Source: Scyliorhinus canicula
Lineage: Eukaryota
DNA: 64,000 nt
Assembly (NCBI RefSeq): GCF_902713615.1
Contig: NC_052147.1
Span: 48,283,549-48,347,548 of the forward strand
Reading direction: 5' to 3'
The notes under the pieces are model-generated. The model worked only from the letters and a program-made list of their open reading frames with translations. It was not told where the DNA came from and did not search any database. The translations under genes were made by a program, and so were the position numbers. Below, in pieces: positions 1 to 11,329 of the stretch; position 1 is the first letter of the stretch, and the number at the start of each line of letters is the position of its first letter.

Positions 1-583
1 ACAAAACACGTTTGGGCGGAGAATAGCTTCCGACACCAAAATTGTGGCCGGTGCCGATTTGCATTTCGCAATTCTCCGTCACCTCGACAGTGGTGTCAAT
101 GCGGTCCGGAACGCATGTACAGTAAACACCGTTAGCATGTCATTAGCGGGTCTGACCCGTGTTTTCCCGGGCCTCTGTGATTCTTCGTCTCCGATGGGCC
201 TCGGGAGCGGGCCGCGTGGCCGGGGTGACACCCCCCACGGGACAGGGGCGGTGTCCAGCCACGGACTGCCATTGTCGTGTCCTGCAAGGCAGCCATCTTG
301 CTGCGCATCCCATTGACCACTCACCTTGGCCCTTGGTTCTGCAGAGTGTCACTGGCCGTATGGGTGCCTCGTGCCCCCCTCCCCCCAAACCCAGGCCACC
401 ACCCATCGGCGGGGCATCAGGCGGCCAACCCAAGGGCAACACCCACTGTAGCCCCTACGGGCGTTCCGAGCGGGGGACATGGAATGTACCCCTAGCAAGG
501 ACAGCACCAGCCAACAGTGCTGCTGGCAGCAGGGACCGGCGCCAGGGCCAAAGGCCCCCACGGCGCCAGACAACGACAAAGCC

Positions 584-617
<34 letters not shown>

Positions 618-1963
618 GGGGGGGGGTTCCTGGGGTCGACCTGCCCTCCGATCGTCAACCCCCCTCGGGAGTTCCTACCTCCACCTACTGTACCGGACCA
701 GTTCTGTGGTGCGTACCAGAAAAGGTTTCCGGAGTCTCTTCACTAAAGTGCCCAACCAGGGTGAGTGTCTCTGGGATGGTGGAGGATGTTGGTGACAGCT
801 GTGACGGAAAGTCAGTGTCATCCTCCAACTCGAGTTCCGAGGTTTCCTAAGGTTCGAGAGGAGGGCTGGTGTCCAAGCTGCTCTCCTCATCACTGCTCAG
901 CTCACAGGCGGAGGGGGGGGGAGGGGGATTCCGGCTTTGGCATTGGCTGGGGGGGGGGGTGACAGCGGATGAACCCACCCCATCTCCAGCTGCTCTAGCA
1001 AGACACATGATTAGACTGCCGTGGACCGAGGTGTTGGTAAGGGTGAGCGTGTGGCTGGGGACTGCAGGGGGGGGGGGGGGGGGGTGTAGGGTGAGGATGG
1101 TGTTGACACATGCATCATGGGGAAGCACAACTCAGCAGGGTCTCACTTCCTCGCCAGATCTCCACCCCAGCGACCTCCCTTTCCTCCGGGCCACCGAACA
1201 TGGTCCAGGGTCCTCTGCTCTGCCATGGTGAGGGGCCGCAGGTGCGGCGGTTCCCCTCCTGTCTTCTCCCGCACCCAGCAGTTGTGGGCGGCCTTCTTCT
1301 GGGGGCGGCGGAGGCGGAACACGAACTAGTGTTAGACAGTCTGACACAGGGGGTGGATAGCTGGTGGCCTCAGTGGGCAGGGCACCTGGCCATTGCAGCC
1401 AGTATGGGTGGCGGCATGTGGTGCAGGGTGGGGATTTGCCCGCATTCTGGGGGGGGGGGGTTGGGTTACAGTTTGTGAGACGGGAGTTAGTGCCAGGGGC
1501 ACATTGCTGCCTACTCACTCTGGCCGTCCTGAGGAGGCTATGCAGTTTTTCAGCACTGCTGGCCAGTCCATTGTTACCCATGGCACTCACTGCCTCTGCC
1601 ACCTGTGCCCAGGCACAGCAAATGGTGGGCAGCCTCCTTCCTGGGCTGGGTGACAGAATCATCCGTTTCCACTCTGCGACGTCCAGGAGGGTTTTCAGCT
1701 CGGGCCGGGAGTCCTGATGCCGTCTTGTTGGCTGGTATGGTGTGTGTGGAGAGTGAAGTGTGTATATGCGGCTGCAGCCTGTCTGCCTCCTCAATCGCGA
1801 AGCCAGAAAATCCCGCACCGTTTCTCATTGGAATTGAATGTGTTCCACGTGGCGCCGGTGCTCGCCCCTTAACAGTGCTCCAGGTGCGCAGCCGGTTTTG
1901 CTGTCGTGGAAGTTCACGAATTTTGCGTTTGTGTCAACACTTAGTCTCAGAAACAGAGAATCT
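1..1963 (-). mobile_element. Degenerate PIF/Harbinger DNA transposon (Myb/SANT-like ORF remnant), probably truncated by the window start
   Basis: GC-rich block. Minus-strand peptide ELKTLLDVAEWKRMILSPSPGRRLP...AWAQVAEAVSA...KLHSLLRTAR (about 1520-1710) resembles the Myb/SANT DNA-binding protein of Harbingers and is followed by a GTGAGT donor. Ends in gagaatc like the local MITE termini. Confidence 0.65.
588..627. repeat. (GT)n microsatellite followed by poly-G
   Basis: Directly visible in the sequence. Confidence 0.9.
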
Positions 1964-3096
1964 GTTAATATTCTGATTTTCAGAAAAAGTGTGGTCGGTT
2001 TGAGCCCGATTAAATTGGATATTTTGAATTAAAGAATTGGACACTTTAAATCAAACTGCAGTGAAACCTCAGCCAGGCTGTTAGTAATTCAGAACAAAAA
2101 AGACACTTGGGTAAAACTTTGATTAAAATACTGGTCGAAGTATCTTTCCAGATACAACAATGAGATTTTAAGAAAAGAAGCAATTGCTGAACAAATGTAA
2201 ACCAATGTCATAGAAATAAACTGGAGTTAAGAAAAAGGTTAAGCAATAAAAATTACCAAAATGTTGGCAGGGTCAGTGTATAGGAGTGTGTGGGTGAACA
2301 TTTTGGTGTGTGGCGGCGAGAACAAGAGAGCATAAGGCAGACTCACTCCCTCCCACATCTCAACCACCACTCACTCTCATTGGGCCCTACGTGACTTTGC
2401 CCTCCCTGGCCTGTCAACTTACATATGTTCCAGAGGTTTGCTCCCCAAACACAAGCCCCTCCCATTTATTGGCTTCCCAGGCCCATCACTACTTTATTTT
2501 TCGGGTGTTCTTTCCCCCCCCCCCCCCCCCCCCCGCCCAGGACATTGCACAGCTCCCTTGACTCTGGCCTGACTTACCTTTGTCTTTAAGTACGCTGTCC
2601 TATGCTCTGCCAATCAGACTAGACAGCAAACACAAGAGAGAAACAGCCTCTGACTGGCAGGTGAGGCAGGTTTCATGCAGGTAGAGGTTCTTCATCCAGT
2701 CCCCCAGACCACCTTGGGCAAGCCTGCTATAAACAGTATTGCAGCCACAGTGCACCAGTGTTGGAGGAAATCAATATTGAATGTGCTTTGTGTTGGATTA
2801 TGTTAAGCTTCGTGACTCTTGTTGAGTTCCTTGCACGTTAGAGTGGTATACATCCAAGCATCAAACTTCTAACTTGCACCATGTAGGTTCTGTAAAGATT
2901 GTGGTGCGATGTGAATCAGTCACTACTGAATACCTAGTCCCTGATCTGCCCATGTATCACATATTAGCTAGGCTTTTAGTCAACAAAAATCCCCAAGAAT
3001 ACTGGTGTAGATTTGACAATGTTGCTGCATAAAATGGATAGACTGTCTCGTGTTAGATGGTCATTATCTAGCATTTATGTGGCACAAATGTTACTT

Positions 3097-3330
3097 CCTA
3101 AAAATAAATTTATTACACAGGAGTACCCAATTCACGTTTTCCAATTAAGGGGCAATTTAGCATGGTCAATGCACCAAGCCTGCACATTTTTGGGTTGTAG
3201 GGGCGAAACCCACGCACAACACAGGGAGAATGTGCAAACTCCACACAGACAGTGACCCAGAGCCGGGATCGAACCTGGGACCTCGGCGCCGTGAGGCAAC
3301 AGGGCTAACCCACTGTGCCACCATGCTGTC
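3097..3330 (-). mobile_element. tRNA-derived V-SINE/HE1-like SINE
   Basis: A/B-box head plus the GTGTGGAGTTTGCACATTCTCCC body; TSD cacaaatgttactt at 3083-3096 and 3331-3344. Confidence 0.88.
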
Positions 3331-5630
3331 CACAAATGTTACTTGGCATTTGAGCCCATGTGCCATTAAATACTTTTTCATTGAGGATGTGGAAACAGAA
3401 CTCTGCAATTATCAGGCAAGGTCATGAATAAAGCAGCTGAAGGTGGTGTAAGTCAATGGTGACCCAAAAAAAACCATACCACTCAATATTCTACAATGTT
3501 TTATAAATGAGAATTGTGGCCTGTAGATGAATGTGTTTGAAAGTAAACATTAAACTGGCAAAAATACGATGTATATTTTATTTGCCAAATTATTCAATTT
3601 AATATTTATTCACACAACTAGATTCAGTCAAGACAAACAATAACATGTATTTAATAAATCAAAACTTGAAACGCAGCAGTCTGGAAGAAACACAATCTTG
3701 AGCCTTGCACCACAATCATAAGATTACATACAAGGAGCACAAACAGCAGAATAAAACAAATGACAGGACCATTCATAAAATAAAACACTGAATATGGCCA
3801 AACCTTATTTCATCAAAGACAAATTCCAACGTTGCCTTAAATGCCCATGTCCTGTGGGTGCATATTTTTTTCTTTAGAAATTTGAAACTGGTTAGTGTAG
3901 AAGACTAATATCAACACTGATAATTGTGGATAAACAAACCTAAATATGCCAATATAAAAGTTTTAATAGACCAGGGTGTTCAGGTTTGTGTTTTCTTTGG
4001 TCACATAGGTGCTATTTAAGGGACTGTGTATAAAGTATTTTGCTGTATTGGTGGAAAAATTCTCAATGGCACTAAAACTTTCCCTTTCTAAACTTCCAAT
4101 TATCAAATTTAAATATGACAAACTAGCAAATAATCACTAATAGGTCTAAGTAAAAACAAAACATTCAGGAAATACCCATTAGGTCTGTGGAGAGAGAAAC
4201 AGAATTAATGTTTCAGGTTCAGTTGATAGGTCAGTCATTGACCTATTTTTTTCGTTCAGATTTCGAGCATCTGTACTATTTGCTTTTGTGCCAATGGCTG
4301 ATGTTTGGGTTTCCAAAGCAGAGTTATGGAGACATGGAGATTGCGTGTGGCACCTAGATTTGTAGGTTGACTATCCCTGCAATAAGCTACTAGGGTGCCT
4401 GATTTATTGAAAACAATGAACTTGCATGTGAGCATTTACATTTGTATGGTTTATTTTGTTTTGCTATACTAAAAGATCCTGTGGATACCACTTGTTGAAT
4501 CAAATATAGGTGTGTGCTTTCAATTTGTCTTTGCTACAATAGGGTGTGACCACATTCCACATTTTATTTCATGAATGGTCCAGCCATTTGTTTTACTCTA
4601 GTGTTTGTAAAATAAATCTTCAGTTTGCTGTTTTTTGAATATGTCCTCTTATGATTCAGTCATTCATGGTTCAAGACTGTTAACGTTTGGTTTGCCAATT
4701 CAAAACAAATACAATTTTGTTCCCATTTATTTTCCCCCAAAAAATCATTTTATTAAAAAATTCTCACATTTTTGCAAGGCTGAGGTAATTTTCTAGAAAG
4801 TGTATTTGAATCGCCCATTTCAGTTTTATCCATCCAACTAATGTAATGTAAAGTTGATACATTCATAAAACTTGTCACACAGGTAATACTTCAAAGAAGA
4901 CACTATCTCAACCAGGTGTGCTGGTGGTCCTCCATACATAGAGTTACAAAAGATACTAAAAGGAATCTGTGACAAGATCATATGATCCTCTCTTCCCCAC
5001 CCCACTCCCTTGTCACCCTCCTTAATCGCAAAATCATTAAGTTAACCTTGCAACAGGACAAATTATTGAAAGAAAAAAAAACCCAAATACCTCCCTAGTA
5101 ATAGCTAGAAAATGTGAAGAACAAGCGATGAGAGAAAATAAGTAGAATCCATTGATGATGTACACCATTTGGATATTGAATTTAATGCTCATGTAATAAG
5201 AAACAAACACGCTGCAGCTACCAGGATCAGGGACTGCAGGTTTTTGTCACAACAATACTGTGCTAAAAATATGAGCTACTCTCAAACGTTATTCTAAATG
5301 CAGTCAGTGTTCGGTATTGAAATATATTGAATCATTACAAACCAAGGTATTTAAAGGTATGTTTTCAGCAATTGCACATCGTAGATATTTTCTTTGATTA
5401 ATAAATTACAATTTTAAAAATCCTTTTTCAAGTGTAATAGGTTTGGGAAGACACTGCTGCACAGATATCAAAAATGATAAACATTATATGATTGAGATCT
5501 TTTAAATTCTAAATAATTGGAAAATTGAAATGAAAGCTGAGAATATGGTTACTTATTTCTGCCCACCTGCATATTTCCTGATGTGAGAGGTTCCTTATCA
5601 CAGCTGTTTCACTATTTTACATGCTCATTT

Positions 5631-5875
5631 GGGTGAGGCGGTGGCATAGTGGTATTGTGACTGAACTGGTGATCCAGAGACCCTGGGGAATACGCGGGGA
5701 CCTGGGTTTGAATCTCGTCACAGCAGATGGTGGAAATGAATCAAAAGTCTAATGATGACCATGAAACCATTGTCAATTGTTGTAAAATACCCAGTGGTTA
5801 ACTGATGTCCTTCAGGGAAGGAAACCTGCAGTCCTCATCTGGTCTGGCCTACATGACCCCAGGTCCACAGTAACG
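5631..5875 (+). mobile_element. tRNA-derived SINE, second family (another copy at about 22421-22740)
   Basis: Head gaggcggtggcatagtggtattg and body gatgaccatgaaaccattgtc...ttcagggaaggaaa are shared between the two copies. Confidence 0.7.
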
Positions 5876-6880
5876 AATTTGAAAAGATGATCTTTGATAT
5901 GTGTATCAAAAACTGTTATTCACAGTGATGTAGAATAACAAGATACTTTGGGATTTGAGAGATAGACTCGCAGCAAAAGCAAACTTTAAGCAATTTATCA
6001 TCATGTTCCCCTTTATAACATACACAAGTGGAGGTTATGATGGAATGAATGCCAAGCTAATTGCAATTGAATTTTTTGATTTGAATTATAGGTATATCCA
6101 GTTTAACTTTGCTCTATATTAGAGATGCAGCATACTTAAGTGTGCCATACGAGGGAATATCTACTTCACTAAAGTCAAAAACAAAGTCTCAATACAAACA
6201 CAAGAATTCTAAATATAACTTTTAAAAACTATTTAACGTTTTTGTCAGAAGAAAACACAATATTGACTCAGTCTATGCTCGTGTTTATAAATGCTAGTTA
6301 ATATTGTTCCATTTGATGCGATGCCTTCATCCATTCCAAATACTAGCGATGCTTTCAACCATTATTCTCAAAGTGTATTACTGATGTGTGATACGGTACG
6401 TTTAATCCATATTCAAAACAACTTTTGATTTAGTCAATACTCAGTGACATCAGTATAAATAATAAAAAAATTAACTGAATGAAGGGCAACATAAATTTCA
6501 GTAGAAACTCAACTGGGGCACACTGATACTTAATCATTTGATCTAATAGATTGAACCGGCCAGTATTTTTGCAGTGGGGCAACCATGAGTGTTATATTAT
6601 TTTATATGTACTTATTTTTAATGTCCATATTGAAATAAATGTGCTTATAGTTTGTTTTGATTCATTGAAATGTATGATTGATCTACTCACCGTGGTCTTA
6701 TCCAGTGTGCTGAAGGGTGCATAATATTGATTTACTATTGCATGATGTATACACATTTTCATTACTGTGTTTTTGAAATTAGAGTCACGATTTAAGTTAC
6801 GGCCAGAATAAAATGCTAAAGTTTTACAAAGTTCCCTTGCTATATCTTTGAAGGAGCAGGTCCTTCTTCCCCGATCACTG

Positions 6881-6940
6881 TCCTTGTTTAAAAATAGTCA
6901 GTCAACCCCTTCCTTGTTTAAAAATAGCCAGTCAACCTCT
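6881..6940. repeat. 30-bp tandem duplication
   Basis: tccttgtttaaaaatagtcagtcaacccct / tccttgtttaaaaatagccagtcaacctct, 2 mismatches. Confidence 0.9.
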
Positions 6941-7456
6941 ATATAATTTTATAAAAATTGACACATTATGATTCAAATATCTCAAACTCTCCTTTACTTT
7001 TATTGACTATTATTTGGTATCACTAACTGCACTTTGATAAGTACAGTAACCATATAGAATCTCTCTGGACATAGGTTTACACACAGCTATTGCCGGACTC
7101 TCAAAAGTCATGGAAAGATCAAGTGTAATGCCCAAATGTTTGACAACAATTACCAATATAGTAACCCAATACACCCAAAGATTATAGTTAAGTCGGAGTG
7201 TCGAGTCTTCACCCTGGAAATTATCTGTCACTTTTGAATGTTATTTCTGAAATATAGATTTAGGCTCAGGAGAAAATAGCAAAAGCTATCATACTACATG
7301 TGAACTAAGACATCCAAATTCAACTGTCAGCTATGGAGTGTTCCCTGGAATTTCTCTTCTACGCACAACTTATTTGCTGCATTGCTTGGTCTCTTTAATA
7401 TAACCACGCAACTATGCAAAGGGATCTTAAAAGGGAATGCTGCTCGTGCACATTCT

Positions 7457-7586
7457 GGGCTGGATCTCCGCCCCGACACATTTCTGTCCCGACCCGCCGG
7501 TGGCATTCTTCGTTACGCCGGCCGGTCAATGGGGTTTCCGAATGTGGGGCAAAACGGAGAATCACGCCGGCGGTGAATCCCGGCCC
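7457..7586. mobile_element. Harbinger-type MITE
   Basis: GC-rich insert with termini gggctggatc... and ...gaatcccggccc; internal ggtcaatgggg motif shared with the 52911-53100 copy. Confidence 0.65.
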
Positions 7587-8145
7587 CGGTTTCTTTCATG
7601 CACAGCATGGCTACCATAGTCACACACCCACACAGTTTAGAGGGAATATTGACGACTAATTTTAATTCAGTGCTAAATAGAAATAAAGTGCGCTTTTATT
7701 CTAGAAAAAAATAAAAATGCATAAATCACAGGGTGATCAATTCCAACACTCCATACAATTGCCTATGAAATATGCATAGCTATGGATCTAGTTGCCTCAG
7801 CTAATATCCTGGACATAAATGAGAAAATATAAATTGGTTGCAAACCAGCATAATGTAGAAACACTCAGGAGTCTAAATTAATAAATATTTTAACTATATT
7901 TCCAAATACTACAATTTACTGCCTTGCTTTTATGGTGTCCCAAAGCTGGTCTGAAATGTTAAATGACACTAATGAAATACCAAATAGGCTGTCAAGCATT
8001 ACTTTACTGTCCATAATGTAAGAAAATCTTATGGTTGAATTTTTTGAAAAATATGAACTTTAATCTTCCTGAACAATTCTAAATTATTAGAATTAGTGCA
8101 AAGCACGAGTCACAAAAGCTATACTTCATGCATTGGAACTGCTAT

Positions 8146-9492
8146 TTAGTATTCCCATTCATCTGTTTTCATGTCTAGATAATTCAGAATATTCTGGGCA
8201 AATTTCACTGCTTGCTTCCTGGCAACCTTCGCACCATCATCCCCTTGGGTTTCCACTGCATCGAGTGCGAGGAGTTGTTTTGTGAGCATTTCTTCCAATC
8301 TCATGTAATTCTTGTCAGTTCTGTCACCATCAAATGACAGTACCTGTTTCTGAAATTCTGACAAATGGTTCAGAACCTGCCATACAGCTTTCTGTGAAGC
8401 ATGTTCATCTTTAAGCTGCTCTTCCATGTTCCTTCTCTTTCCAAGTGACTCCTTTAGGTCAACATAAGCTATTACGGCCTGCACATCAACTACAGATCTT
8501 CTCCTCGCTTCACGAATACATGGATTTTTACCAATGTCTATTTTATCTAATTCAGTGAGAAGACTTTGCAGTTCGGACTTTGATTTGAAATGGTCATCGC
8601 AGACATTTTCTAATTGCAGCAGCTTTTGTTTTAATTGTGTTGTCTTCTGGCGTATTCCTTCTATCTGTTTGATGGATTCATTTTGTGCTAGATCATAACT
8701 CCCTGTAGCCTCGCCTTCTGACTCCATCTCCAAGTGTTCTAGCAAACAATTAATTTCATGCACTACACGTTTCCGGTAGTTTCTCACTTCGGACTGTCCA
8801 GCCACATCTACAGCATCCAATTGCATTAACAACCCGGTGAGGACACGGGACAGATGTGCACAGTTCTCCAAGGCATTCAGGTTCATAAGCAGGCCAATCA
8901 CATCCCATCTTCCTTTGCTAACCTCAGACAAAACAGAGTGGATCTTGGGAACAGAAGGGTGCATATCTGTGGACAGAGGCAAAGATAGCGCCTGCCGACC
9001 AATGCAGTTTTCAACGATGTCCTGTACTGCACAAATCCTGGTCAAAGCTCGATACCTAGCTTTCCTCAAGCCAATTTTTCCACCTGTTTTTACCTGTGTC
9101 AGTTGAAATATGATTTCTTGGATGCGATCAGCAAATTCCTCAGTTATTAAACCCCCAGCAGAAGATAACTCATTTGTAACCAACTGTTGTGCATCACCAA
9201 AGACCCTTTCCACCTTCAGTCGAGATGGGTGAGTTGCAATTTGTTCTAGCTCTTTGAGCAGTCCCTCCAATTCCTTCACTGCACTTTTGCGGCCATGTTG
9301 GATATCAGACTTGCCATCAGTATCTATTGCATCCAACTCAAACAGCAACTTAGTCAAAGAGCTCTCCAGGTGCTTGTATTCTCTATCAGACTGCGTACCA
9401 CTGAACGAAACTACAAGTCGCCTAGATTCACGGATTTCCTTCTGAATTTCTTGGATTCTAATCATGGAAGGATGTTGTTGACCCATGGCCAT
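8146..9492 (-). CDS. BAG5: BAG family molecular chaperone regulator 5 (single coding exon, 448 aa)
   Basis: Uninterrupted ORF with repeated BAG-domain signatures (LTKLLFELDAIDT...RKSAV, LTGLLMQLDAVDV...RKRVV, LTKQLLALDAVET...RKQAV) and the C-terminus KTDEWEY. Splice acceptor (ttttgcttcaatttcAG on minus, AG at 9526-9525) lies 32 nt upstream of the ATG. Head-to-head with COA8 as in mammals. Confidence 0.97.
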   Translation of the reverse strand: MAMGQQHPSMIRIQEIQKEIRESRRLVVSFSGTQSDREYKHLESSLTKLLFELDAIDTDGKSDIQHGRKSAVKELEGLLKELEQIATHPSRLKVERVFGDAQQLVTNELSSAGGLITEEFADRIQEIIFQLTQVKTGGKIGLRKARYRALTRICAVQDIVENCIGRQALSLPLSTDMHPSVPKIHSVLSEVSKGRWDVIGLLMNLNALENCAHLSRVLTGLLMQLDAVDVAGQSEVRNYRKRVVHEINCLLEHLEMESEGEATGSYDLAQNESIKQIEGIRQKTTQLKQKLLQLENVCDDHFKSKSELQSLLTELDKIDIGKNPCIREARRRSVVDVQAVIAYVDLKESLGKRRNMEEQLKDEHASQKAVWQVLNHLSEFQKQVLSFDGDRTDKNYMRLEEMLTKQLLALDAVETQGDDGAKVARKQAVKFAQNILNYLDMKTDEWEY

Positions 9493-10226
9493 ATTCCCTT
9501 TTTCCCTAATAAGTCATAGTGGGTCTGAAATTGAAGCAAAACAGTTGGTCAAGGGTCACTTCTTGGCATCAAACTGCATTTATAATTGTCTCCTAAATTA
9601 AACCGTTATTGAGTGGAGGACCTGTAAATTGTCTACTGCTCCATCGAAACATTTAGTAAGTGTGATATGCACATTGCTTTGACACAAATTGTAAAAATTA
9701 ACTATGCCTAGCTCTTGCCTCTGGCACGGCAAGGCAAAATTTTGAGGTAAGCCCAACCAATTTCGGTGGAAGCAGAATCTAGATTTTGCAGCATATTTAT
9801 CCAGGATTTTAAAACAAATATTTGATAAATTATGCTTTTGATTAGTTTAAAAAGCAACTGATTGTGCTGAGCCACAAAAGTCATTTTACGTTATTTAAAT
9901 GGCAAAAGGCACCACATATACTGATCTGTCACCTATCCCTTGGCCAATTAAACACACATTGTTACCACTGTCCCTTTCAGACCATGTGCTTCTCTATTCT
10001 GAGTAAATCTGTTATGCAGCACTTTGTCAAATGCTTTTTGAAAATGCATATACGCAATATCTCCTACATTACCTTCATCCTGTCTTACTTCAAATAACTC
10101 AATCAGGTTAGGCAAAGAGAATTAACTGTGTAGGAACAATTAACATAAATGAGTAGTCACTCAAAATTCCTTCCCTTTAACTGTATTAGTCATAATGTTC
10201 CAATCATTCAGATCGATTCCCCAGAC

Positions 10227-10934
10227 CAGGGGTGGGCAAACTTTTCCGTGCAAGGGCCACATTCAGAAATTCACAATTTTAAAGGGCCGCATAGTATATT
10301 AAGTAAAATAATTAATATTTTAAATAGCCAAAATAAAAGGTCTTTAAAGAAAAAAAAGCACATTTATTTGAAAAACAAAGTAACTCAGTAAGTAACAGAA
10401 CAATGTCAATGAGAATGATGTATCTGACTGTAGTCATTTACCAGTTTGTTGAAATCAGGTGTCAAGTTGCTTGTGCTGATCCTGAACACTGACAGAAGCA
10501 CAGCCTAGCCAACGATAAAAACGCGCGTAGTGGGGTGGATGAGTGGGGCTGCCTTATTGGTCGGTTTAGTTGGGTGTGCGACCAATAGGAGTCCAGGTTA
10601 CAAACAATAATAAGGCTTATTGTTTGTAACCTGGACTCCTATTGGTCCCACACCCAACTAAACCGACCAATGAGACAGCCCCACTCATCCACCCCACTAC
10701 GCGCGTTTTTATGCGGCCCGCCAATGAGGTGCTCGGAATCATAACCGCCATTTTTGAAAAGCCGCCGGGGAAAAGCCGCTGAAGTAAATGCGCTTATTGA
10801 ATAAGCGCATTTACTTCAGCGGCTTTCCCCCAGCGGCTTTTCAAAAATGCCGGTTATGATTCCGGGCTCCTCATTGGCGGGCCGCATAAAAACCTTTGTC
10901 GGGCCACATGCGGCCCGTAGTTTGCCCACCCCTG
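10227..10934 (-). mobile_element. Non-autonomous hAT (Charlie/SPIN-like) deletion derivative with two internal palindromes
   Basis: 15-bp terminal inverted repeat CAGGGGTGGGCAAAC/GTTTGCCCACCCCTG; perfect 8-bp TSD ccccagac at 10219-10226 and 10935-10942; transposase C-terminal remnant at 10498-10406. Confidence 0.92.
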
Positions 10935-11021
10935 CCCCAGACTAACCTAAACCAGCGTAAGAGAAGACAGATCCTCTTTCACATCCCAATTGCGGAATCA
11001 GATACAAGATTATTGATCATC

Positions 11022-11240
11022 AGGGCAGTGGTTAGAACTGCAGCCTATGGCGCTGAGGACCCGGGTTTGATCCTGGCCCTGGGTCACTGTCTGTGTGGAG
11101 TTTGCACATTCTCCCCGTGTCTGTGGGGGTTTCATCCCCACAACCCAAAGATGTGCACGTTAGGTGGATTGGCTACACTAAATTGGCCCTTAATTGGAAA
11201 AAGAAAATAATTGGGTATTCTAAAAAAAAATTTTTTTTTA
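11022..11240 (+). mobile_element. V-SINE/HE1-like SINE
   Basis: Same body and cccttaattggaaaa tail as the other copies. Confidence 0.85.
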
Positions 11241-11329
11241 AAAATTGATTATCATTTTTGGTATTTTTGCTAATCATCCTGTTACACTTTTAACCATTCA
11301 AATAAAATCATGTGTGTTCAGGAATTACA

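Larger units (their letters stand above)
3577..8145 (-). other. BAG5: Probable long 3' UTR of BAG5 with several poly(A) signals
   Basis: AT-rich, relatively repeat-poor stretch. Minus-strand AATAAA at 7695-7700 (proximal) and at 3605-3610 and 3577-3582 (distal, followed by U/GU-rich sequence). Confidence 0.5.

Noticed and set aside
44-1976. Dense overlapping ORFs suggesting a gene cluster
   Set aside because: Expected in GC-rich transposon DNA with microsatellite and poly-G runs. Only the Myb/SANT remnant is recognisable.
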